Assembly: GCA_964649495.1 (NCBI GenBank)
Contig: CAZYPR010000004.1
Location: 11,474 to 75,473, forward strand
Source: an uncultured Clostridia bacterium
GTDB lineage: Bacteria; Acidobacteriota; Aminicenantia; JBFLYD01; JBBIMS01
Direction of reading: 5' to 3'
Length of the DNA: 64,000 bases
This document shows, piece by piece, positions 9,547 through 16,941 of the stretch. The notes below the pieces were generated by a model that worked only from the letters and a program-made list of their open reading frames with translations, was not told where the DNA came from and ran no database searches. Position 1 is the stretch's first letter. Every line of letters begins with the position of its first letter. The translations under genes and the position numbers were made by a program.

Positions 9547-11588
9547 TAATAACTTCTTTTTCTTAACATGTATGAAATTTCATATATTTCTTTATCCCTT
9601 GAATTCAAACCCTTTTCAATTAAATCTTTTATTTCCTCATAAGGGTAACCGTCAAGGGATTTAAAAACTTCCCTTCTAAGGAGCTTTGTCCTGTTGGGAT
9701 AAAATATATTCCCTTTCAGAAATTTTTTTACAATGGGGATAGAGCTTCTCTCACCTACATCTCCAAGTGTTCTTATGAGAGCTACAATTAAAGGAATATT
9801 TTCTTTTTTAAGCTTCAATTCTTTTAATAAATTGTTTAAATATGGGACAAGGGAAGTAAGTCTTAATGAAGGGACAAGGGAGAGGGCTTGAATCTTTAAA
9901 TTAAAATCAGCACTTTCAATAAATTCCATTAATATTTCATCTGTTTTTTCATATCCAAGTTGAGCGAGGGTCCTTACCGCTTCGATTTTGACTTTCAAAT
10001 GGGAATGTTTCGTGCACTCCAATACATCTTCTATAAATTCCATTCCACCTCTGTTCCTTATTATGACAAGCATATTACGGACAACATACCATTTGTCAGA
10101 TTTTAAGTTTTTCTTTGCAATCTCGGTTGTTACACCCAGCTCACTTATTATATCAATTAAAATTCTTCTTGTATATTTGTCTTCCTCCTCTATCAATGCT
10201 TCCATTAAAAAAGGAACAGCTTCAGCACCAATAAAATGGAAGATAGATTTAATCTCTTCAATCTTTTCCTTCCCCCATACTTCCTTCAAGCTTTCTATTA
10301 ACATTTTAATTGTATCCGGTTCTTTCATCGACTTCATAGCCTCTCTCAAGATTTTATTCTTCCCCTCCTCCCTTCTCTCCTCTTCAAAAACTGAGATTAT
10401 AATTTTCACTTTTTCAAATTGAGCGGTTTGGAGGAAAAGTTTGTAATAATCAAGAAGGTTTTGAACAATAAGAGCAAACTCATCCTCGTCAACATTCCAT
10501 TCCAATGCTTCCAGAGTCAGTTTAAAAAGATTTTCCCTCAGACTTTCTTCCGACAACTCTTTCCGGGCTTCTTCCCTCAGTTCAGGAAAAGGAGAGGGGA
10601 GGACAATTCTTTCCATTATTTCGTAAAGGGTGTTTTTATAATCTTCTTCCATTGAAATTGGTATATCGTCCACAATTACTGAGCTTTTAAAAAAGTTCTC
10701 TATCCTTTCCTTATTCCTTTCAAAAATTAATGAATGGAAAATTTCAAGTTCTTTCTTTTCAATTCCCATTTCTTTTAAAATTCTTAAAGCCTCCATTAAA
10801 ATTCTTTTAGGAACTTTGGAGGCAATTCTTCTAATAAGTGAAGGATTTCTTTTACTCAGATCTTTAAGCCACAAAGCATAATCTTCTTGGAGGGGGGTGC
10901 TTAAAATTGAAAGCAAGAATTTGTAAGCGGGAGCAGCTTCTTCATCCGAGGCATTCTGAATAGCTGATTCAATGGAGAAAAGGATTTCTTTTATCTCCTC
11001 AATATCTTCTGATGATTTAAAAATTTTCTCAAGTTTTTCCACCATTGTTGGTTCAGCTATCAGTATTGATGGTTTTAATAAAAGACTCTTTAAAATCATA
11101 TCCCTTTCACTCTCTTCCTTTTCCTGCTGAGCTTTTATCATCTCTACTTCTTTAATCTCAGCCAGCTGAAGATCAAGAAAAACAAGGCTTATTCCGTTTA
11201 GCTTTTCCCTCTCAACTATATTTCTCAATCCTCCTTCTGATACCAACCTTTCAGGGGGGAGAGAGACTAACCTAAAAAGCTTCTTAATATCCTCCTCCCC
11301 AATCTCTTTGCTAAACTGGAGGGCGAGAATTTGATGATTTTTTAATAGATTATGAAACTCCCTAATGGAGGGATTTTCAAGATTTATGGTCTCACCCTCC
11401 CATTGAAAACCGTCACTTTTTAGACCGAGGGTAAGAGAGAATTCTTCAAGATAATCTTTAAGAAGAGAGAAAAAATCTTTTATTTTTGATAGTGCTGTTG
11501 GATGAGATTCGGGATATAAAATTAGGGATTTCCTTGCTACATTTGCTTCCTTTAATATTCTTTCCACTAATTCTCTGCTCATTTCCAT
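9546..11588 (-). CDS. HEAT/PBS-lyase-repeat protein with HD-GYP-associated N-terminal domain
   Basis: The C-terminal third has HEAT-like repeats (AVRTLAQLGYEKT, LIRTLGDVGERSSIP). The N-terminus SLILYPESHPTALSKIK parallels SVLYTPEHPITIKTIEK of the HD-GYP protein. Its stop and the downstream start share nucleotide 9546. Confidence 0.55.
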   Translation of the reverse strand: MEMSRELVERILKEANVARKSLILYPESHPTALSKIKDFFSLLKDYLEEFSLTLGLKSDGFQWEGETINLENPSIREFHNLLKNHQILALQFSKEIGEEDIKKLFRLVSLPPERLVSEGGLRNIVEREKLNGISLVFLDLQLAEIKEVEMIKAQQEKEESERDMILKSLLLKPSILIAEPTMVEKLEKIFKSSEDIEEIKEILFSIESAIQNASDEEAAPAYKFLLSILSTPLQEDYALWLKDLSKRNPSLIRRIASKVPKRILMEALRILKEMGIEKKELEIFHSLIFERNKERIENFFKSSVIVDDIPISMEEDYKNTLYEIMERIVLPSPFPELREEARKELSEESLRENLFKLTLEALEWNVDEDEFALIVQNLLDYYKLFLQTAQFEKVKIIISVFEEERREEGKNKILREAMKSMKEPDTIKMLIESLKEVWGKEKIEEIKSIFHFIGAEAVPFLMEALIEEEDKYTRRILIDIISELGVTTEIAKKNLKSDKWYVVRNMLVIIRNRGGMEFIEDVLECTKHSHLKVKIEAVRTLAQLGYEKTDEILMEFIESADFNLKIQALSLVPSLRLTSLVPYLNNLLKELKLKKENIPLIVALIRTLGDVGERSSIPIVKKFLKGNIFYPNRTKLLRREVFKSLDGYPYEEIKDLIEKGLNSRDKEIYEISYMLRKRSY

Positions 11589-11677
11589 TAGCTTTTCTTA
11601 AAGCTTCTTTTCATTTTATCTCAATAATACTACATATTTTAAACAATTTCAAAATATGAGCCTGAGTAAATTTTTAA

Positions 11678-12169
11678 TTGAATCTTTTGACTCTTTGCAA
11701 GAAGCGTCATTATTTGCCTTTGATGAACAATTATTCTAAACTATTTTCTATGAAAATAGTAAATGAGAAAATTTTTATTTCCACATCAGGTTTCACCGAC
11801 ATAAAAGATTTGACTCAGGAGGTAAAGAGGAAGGTTAAAGAGGCAAATGTAAATGAAGGAATAGTAACAATTTTTGTTCCTGGTTCCACAGGAGCTTTAA
11901 CCACAATAGAGTTTGAGCCTAATCTCTGTAAAGATTTAAAAGAAATTCTTGAAAAATTGATCCCTTCCACAATTCCTTATCATCATGAGAAGACATGGGG
12001 TGATGACAATGGCTCTTCCCATTTAAGAGCTTCTCTTTTTGGTCCTTCTCTAACAGTTCCAATATCCAGCGGTAATTTGACCCTTGGAACCTGGCAACAA
12101 ATTGTATTTATTGACTTTGACACTCAGCCAAGGAGAAGGGAAATTATATTAAAAATTATGGGAGAATAA
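11678..12169 (+). CDS. YjbQ/UPF0047 family protein (secondary thiamine-phosphate synthase-like)
   Basis: Motifs TIFVPGSTGALTTIEFEPNL and HLRASLFGPSLTVPI...GTWQQIVFIDFD are characteristic of UPF0047. Confidence 0.7.
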   Translation: MNLLTLCKKRHYLPLMNNYSKLFSMKIVNEKIFISTSGFTDIKDLTQEVKRKVKEANVNEGIVTIFVPGSTGALTTIEFEPNLCKDLKEILEKLIPSTIPYHHEKTWGDDNGSSHLRASLFGPSLTVPISSGNLTLGTWQQIVFIDFDTQPRRREIILKIMGE

Positions 12170-12170
12170 A

Positions 12171-13229
12171 ATGAAAGGTTATGAATTGGTTAAAGATTTA
12201 AGGGAAAGGAGGGAGACCCTTTTTACCCATCCAACACCTCTTGAAAAAATGAAGAATCTCTCATCCCTCACAGGAGTTGAAATTTTCATAAAGAGGGAAG
12301 ATCTCATAGGTTCAGGTTTTGGAGGGAATAAAATTAGGAAGATGGAGTATTTGATTGTTGATGTAATGCATAAAAGAGCGGATTCAGCTTTGACATGGGG
12401 AGGGATACAGTCTAACTGGTGCAGGGCAATGAGTTCTGTTTGCAGGATTTTTGGGATTGAGCCTCATTTAATTCTTTTTAGAAGGAAGAATCTTCCTGAT
12501 GAGACAGGAGGGAATGTTCTTCTTGAGAATTTTTCAGGGGCAAAAATTAAAATATTTGATGGTGAAGGGAAAAAATTGTTAAAACTGGATGATATAAGAG
12601 AAATTGTTTTTCAAACCCTTGAAAAAATAGGAAAGAAAACATATCTTGCTCCGATTGGTGCCTCAATTCCAGAAGGTTCAATGGAAGTCTCGTGGGGAGG
12701 AATAGCATATCTTGATTGTTTCTATGAGTTGATGGAGCAATGCAATTCTCTTGGATTCGAGCCCAACTGGATTGTTCATGCAACAGGCTCAGGTGGAACA
12801 CAAGCGGGCTTGATTGCGGGTTCAAAGTTAATGGGTTCAGGGACTAAAATTCTTGGGATATCCGTTTCTGAAAGGAAGGAAGATTTTGAGAAGATAATAG
12901 AAGGGATAATCCAGAATATTGAAAATTACATACAGGTAGACCTTGATTTAAAGGATGAAGATATAAATGTAATTGATAATTACATTGGAGAAGGTTATGG
13001 GATTGTGGAAAAAGAAATTGTTAGAAATTTGAAAATAGTTGCTGAGAAAGAAGGGGTATTCCTTGATCCAGTCTACACAGGGAAAGGAATGGTCGGATTG
13101 TTAGACCTTATAGAAAAAGGTTTTATTAGAAAGGGTGAAAAGGTAATTTTTATCCACACCGGTGGTCTCCCCGCTCTATTTTCATATAAAGAAGAAATAC
13201 AGTTTTTTCTATCCGATTCGAGAGATTGA
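12171..13229 (+). CDS. PLP-dependent ACC deaminase / D-cysteine desulfhydrase family enzyme
   Basis: PLP-lysine motif GGNKIRKMEYL, and a ~350-aa fold type II length. Confidence 0.75.
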   Translation: MKGYELVKDLRERRETLFTHPTPLEKMKNLSSLTGVEIFIKREDLIGSGFGGNKIRKMEYLIVDVMHKRADSALTWGGIQSNWCRAMSSVCRIFGIEPHLILFRRKNLPDETGGNVLLENFSGAKIKIFDGEGKKLLKLDDIREIVFQTLEKIGKKTYLAPIGASIPEGSMEVSWGGIAYLDCFYELMEQCNSLGFEPNWIVHATGSGGTQAGLIAGSKLMGSGTKILGISVSERKEDFEKIIEGIIQNIENYIQVDLDLKDEDINVIDNYIGEGYGIVEKEIVRNLKIVAEKEGVFLDPVYTGKGMVGLLDLIEKGFIRKGEKVIFIHTGGLPALFSYKEEIQFFLSDSRD

Positions 13230-13303
13230 CATCTTCCATCTTTGTTAATAGAATATTTAATGGCTTTAGATTAATAAATATTTTCGAAAGGAGGTGAAAA
13301 AAA

Positions 13304-13507
13304 TTGGCTTATGTAATTGTTCAAGACGGTGAGAGCTTTGAAAGTGCATTAAAGAGATTCAAGAGAAAGGTTCAGCAGGAAGCCATTATTAAAGAGATCA
13401 AGAAACACAGTGTTTATTTAAAGCCAGGCGAGAGAAGAAGGATGAAGGAGGCAATGGCTCTGAAGAGAATGAGAAGAAGGATGAAGAGAGAACAGATGGA
13501 ACTCTGA
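13304..13507 (+). CDS. rpsU: 30S ribosomal protein S21
   Basis: MAYVIVQDGESFESALKRFKRKV... is a classic S21 sequence. A strong GGAGGTGA Shine-Dalgarno lies 8 nt upstream. Confidence 0.85.
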   Translation: MAYVIVQDGESFESALKRFKRKVQQEAIIKEIKKHSVYLKPGERRRMKEAMALKRMRRRMKREQMEL

Positions 13508-13528
13508 GCTGAAGGAGATTTTTCGTAA

Positions 13529-14374
13529 TTGGAAGTAAATAGGAAACCTGAGTGGATAAAGATAAATAGAAGGGAAGGAGAGGAATTTTTAAAAATAAGG
13601 AAGATTTTGAAAGAGAATAGTATTCATACAGTTTGCGAAGAAGCAAAGTGCCCCAATATATTTGAATGCTGGAATTCAAAAAGTGCGACATTTTTAATTC
13701 TCGGAGATATTTGCACAAGGAATTGTGGATTTTGCTCGGTTAAGAAAGGTTCACCCTCACCTCCATCTAAAGAGGAGCCTGAAAGAATAGCAAATACAGT
13801 TGCTTCCCTTGGATTGAAATATACTGTTATAACATCTGTAACAAGGGATGATCTTGAGGATGGTGGTGCATCCATATTTGCAGAGACAGTTATCAGCATT
13901 AAAAAACTTTCCCCTCAAACTAAAGTGGAAGTTTTAATTCCTGATTTCAAAGGGGAAAAGGATTCTTTCATTACTATTGCTAATTCTAAGCCTGATGTGG
14001 TTTCCCATAATATTGAGGTTCCAAGAAGGCTATACAGAAAAATTGGAAGGAATGAAAGGGGGTATTATACCTCCCTTAACCTTTTAACCTGGTTTTCCAA
14101 TATGGGTTTCTTGACAAAATCAGGTATTATGGTAGGTTTGGGAGAAGAACCAGAAGATATTCTGGAGACCTTTTATGACATCTCAAGCACTGGATGTGAA
14201 ATCCTTACAATAGGACAGTATTTAACTCCTTCAAAAAATCTTCTTCCCGTCGAGAAATTTTATCATCCTGAGGAGTTTAATGAGTTGAAAAATTTTGCTT
14301 TAAGATTTGGTTTTAAGAATGTTCATTCGGGTCCCTTTGTTAGATCCTCTTACAAAGCGGAGGAACTGATTTGA
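13529..14374 (+). CDS. lipA: Lipoyl synthase
   Basis: N-terminal auxiliary-cluster motif CEEAKCPNIFEC and radical-SAM motif CTRNCGFCSV. Confidence 0.9.
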   Translation: MEVNRKPEWIKINRREGEEFLKIRKILKENSIHTVCEEAKCPNIFECWNSKSATFLILGDICTRNCGFCSVKKGSPSPPSKEEPERIANTVASLGLKYTVITSVTRDDLEDGGASIFAETVISIKKLSPQTKVEVLIPDFKGEKDSFITIANSKPDVVSHNIEVPRRLYRKIGRNERGYYTSLNLLTWFSNMGFLTKSGIMVGLGEEPEDILETFYDISSTGCEILTIGQYLTPSKNLLPVEKFYHPEEFNELKNFALRFGFKNVHSGPFVRSSYKAEELI

Positions 14375-15111
14375 AATATTTAATTTTCAGTGATGTTCAC
14401 TCTAATCTCGAAGCTTTAAAAGGAATGCTTGAATTCATAAAAAATAGAAAATTTGAGAAATATTTATTTCTTGGGGATATTGTGGGATATGGAGCAAATC
14501 CCAACGAAGTAATAGAGGAAATTAAAAAAATATCACCTCTTTCCATTGTAAGAGGTAATCACGACAAAGCTGTTGCAGGGCTGACAAATCTTGACTATTT
14601 CAATCCTGTTGCCGCCCTTGCAGTTATGTGGACTTCAAAAAATATTAAGCCTGAAAATCTTAATTTTCTGAGAGAACTTAGTGTAGGACCTCAGAAGGTA
14701 AATGAGGAAATAACAATATGCCATGGCTCTCCATGGGATGAGGACTATTATATGTTTAACAAGTTTGATGCCCTTGAGGCATTCTCTCTTTTTGATACAA
14801 AGATATGTTTCTTTGGACATACCCATTTTCCTGCTATCCATATTTTGGAAAATGATAGTGTAAGAACGATTTATCCATCTAAATTCCCATTTAGAATAAA
14901 GATTAAGGATGGGCTTAGATATCTTATAAATCCTGGTTCAATAGGTCAACCAAGGGATGGGAATCCTCTTTCCTCCTTTTTAATTTATGATTCAAAAAGG
15001 AAAAGCTTAGTAATACATAGAGTTTCTTATGACATCTCCACCGCTCAATCAAAAATTATTGAAGCGGGTCTTCCACAAATGCTCGCAAGTAGATTGGGCT
15101 CTGGGATATGA
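14371..15111 (+). CDS. Calcineurin-like metallophosphoesterase (YfcE-like)
   Basis: Motifs SDVHSN, GDIVGYG and GHTHFP. It overlaps the lipA stop. Confidence 0.75.
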   Translation: MKYLIFSDVHSNLEALKGMLEFIKNRKFEKYLFLGDIVGYGANPNEVIEEIKKISPLSIVRGNHDKAVAGLTNLDYFNPVAALAVMWTSKNIKPENLNFLRELSVGPQKVNEEITICHGSPWDEDYYMFNKFDALEAFSLFDTKICFFGHTHFPAIHILENDSVRTIYPSKFPFRIKIKDGLRYLINPGSIGQPRDGNPLSSFLIYDSKRKSLVIHRVSYDISTAQSKIIEAGLPQMLASRLGSGI

Positions 15112-16046
15112 AAAGATTTGTTCCATCTTATATTAAACTTAGGGAAAAAGGAGAGTTAAAGGATAGGGTAGAAAAAGCATGGAAAATCCTTGAGAATTGC
15201 ACCCTATGCCCGAGAAATTGCAAAAAGAACAGGCTAAAAGGGGAGAAGGGAACCTGTAAGATAGGATATTTACCTTATGTTTCAAGTTTTCACCCCCACT
15301 TTGGAGAGGAATCACCCCTTGTTGGAAGATATGGCTCTGGAACAATATTCTTAACCTCTTGCAACCTTCTTTGTATTTATTGTCAGAATTATACAATTTC
15401 CCATTTGATGGAAGGGGAGGAATGCTCCTTTGAAGAGCTTGCAAAGATGATGCTCTCTCTACAGAAAAGAGGGTGTCACAATATAAATTTTGTAACCCCA
15501 ACCCATCAGGTTCCTCAAATACTTAAAAGTCTTGAGATAGCAATTGATATGGGACTCGAGATACCTCTTGTTTACAATTCCAGCGGATATGACTCTGTAG
15601 AAACATTAAAGCTCCTTGATGGAATATTTGATATTTACATGCCTGACATAAAATATATGGAACCTGAGCCTGCTAAGAAATATTCATCTGCTGAGGATTA
15701 TCCAGAAGTTGTAAAAAAAGCAATTAAAGAGATGCACAGACAGGTGGGAGATCTTTTCATAAATGAAGATGGGATAGCTCTAAGAGGTCTTCTTGTTAGA
15801 CATCTTGTTCTTCCCAACGGTCTTGCGGGAACAAAGGAAGCTATGAGATTTATTTCTGAAGAGATTTCAAAGAATACTTATGTAAATATCATGGATCAGT
15901 ATTATCCTTGCTACAAAGCATTCGACCATATTTCAATTTCAAGAAGGATAAATTATAGAGAATTTGAGGAAGCAATAAATTTTGCAAAGGAAGCGGGTCT
16001 AAGGAGACTCGACAAAAGAGAACCAAGAAAGATAATAATCTGGTAA
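15108..16046 (+). CDS. Radical SAM protein, PflX-like (pyruvate formate-lyase activase-related)
   Basis: CNLLCIYCQN CxxxCxxC motif plus an N-terminal Cys-rich stretch (CTLCPRNCKKN). It overlaps the upstream gene. Confidence 0.7.
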   Translation: MKRFVPSYIKLREKGELKDRVEKAWKILENCTLCPRNCKKNRLKGEKGTCKIGYLPYVSSFHPHFGEESPLVGRYGSGTIFLTSCNLLCIYCQNYTISHLMEGEECSFEELAKMMLSLQKRGCHNINFVTPTHQVPQILKSLEIAIDMGLEIPLVYNSSGYDSVETLKLLDGIFDIYMPDIKYMEPEPAKKYSSAEDYPEVVKKAIKEMHRQVGDLFINEDGIALRGLLVRHLVLPNGLAGTKEAMRFISEEISKNTYVNIMDQYYPCYKAFDHISISRRINYREFEEAINFAKEAGLRRLDKREPRKIIIW

Positions 16047-16171
16047 AAAGCTTTGAGGATTAAAAAATTCGTAAGATATAGGTCAACTATTTTTATTAAT
16101 CTTTCTTTCTTTCTCTACCTCTCTCTTTTCGTAGAAAATTCTCTATAAATTCTGCGAATTTCCTCAGATCA

Positions 16172-16363
16172 TTAAGTTTTTTGAGATTGCTGTGAAATAT
16201 CCAAACATGATTCAATTGCAACTTCAAATTCTCTTAAAACGATGTCCTGGACTTCCCAATCTCTTATAAATTTTTTCTTCGGAATCCTTTTCTTGCTTTC
16301 GAGTCTTTTTAAACTTTCCTCAAGTCTCAATAGTCTTCTTCTTATTATATCCTCCCACACCAA
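16172..16363 (-). pseudogene. HepT-like (DUF86) toxin N-terminal fragment, truncated
   Basis: The 63-aa ORF resembles only the N-terminal half of HepT. I found no RxxxHxY C-terminal motif in any downstream frame. It sits immediately after the MNT gene. Confidence 0.35.
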
Positions 16364-16438
16364 ATCTACCCTCCTTTATTCTTTTACCCATAGCATCCCA
16401 TATTTTTTCTCTGTGATAGGAGAAATCAAGATACTCAT

Positions 16439-16717
16439 TTAAATTTTTTTTAAAAAATTTATCCTTTTCTTTTCATCTATCTCGGAGGTTTTTAAAACTC
16501 TTGAAATCAGAGAGATTAATTCCAATCTTCTTTCAAAAAAATCCCCTTTTCCTTCAAGGAATAACCCTATATCTACATCACTTAATTTGTTCTGGAAGCC
16601 TCTCCCATAGCTACCAAAAATATAAGCAAATATTATATCTTTTTCCTTTTCAAGGGTATCTTTTAGCTCAGAAAGCAACTCAAAAATATTATGTCTCACT
16701 TTTTCTTTTCTAATCAT
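16439..16717 (-). CDS. MNT-type minimal nucleotidyltransferase (toxin-antitoxin antitoxin component)
   Basis: Motif FGSYGRGFQNKLSDVDIGLF (GSxxRG...DxD). Confidence 0.7.
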   Translation of the reverse strand: MIRKEKVRHNIFELLSELKDTLEKEKDIIFAYIFGSYGRGFQNKLSDVDIGLFLEGKGDFFERRLELISLISRVLKTSEIDEKKRINFLKKI

Positions 16718-16786
16718 AGTCTAAATTATAACTCATAAAATGGAAAGTTTCATTATTACTGGAAAATCTGGAAAAGATTAAAGGAC

Positions 16787-16815
16787 TTGACATGATTTTT
16801 TTTTTTTGATATATT
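16787..16815 (+). promoter_or_regulatory. Sigma-70-like promoter TTGACA-N17-TATATT with a T12 homopolymer in the spacer
   Basis: TTGACA at 16787-16792 and TATATT at 16810-16815, separated by 17 nt. The T12 tract is 16796-16807. The promoter lies ~125 nt upstream of the subtilase start, which has a GGGAGG ribosome-binding site. Confidence 0.4.
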
Positions 16816-16941
16816 ATTCAAGAAAAGTATGGAAGCCATGAGAAAGAATATTTTAACAAAGGGGGTGATAGGAAAGGAGAAAGGGAAAAATCAAAAGTAT
16901 GGGAGATTGGGCTTTGGGATTTTTGAAAGGGAGGTTGATTC

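Noticed and set aside
9988-10655. Two plus-strand ORFs (144 and 78 aa) inside the HEAT-repeat gene
   Set aside because: They are antisense to a long ORF with a consistent repeat structure. Their Ser/Ile-rich low-complexity sequence is typical of shadow frames.
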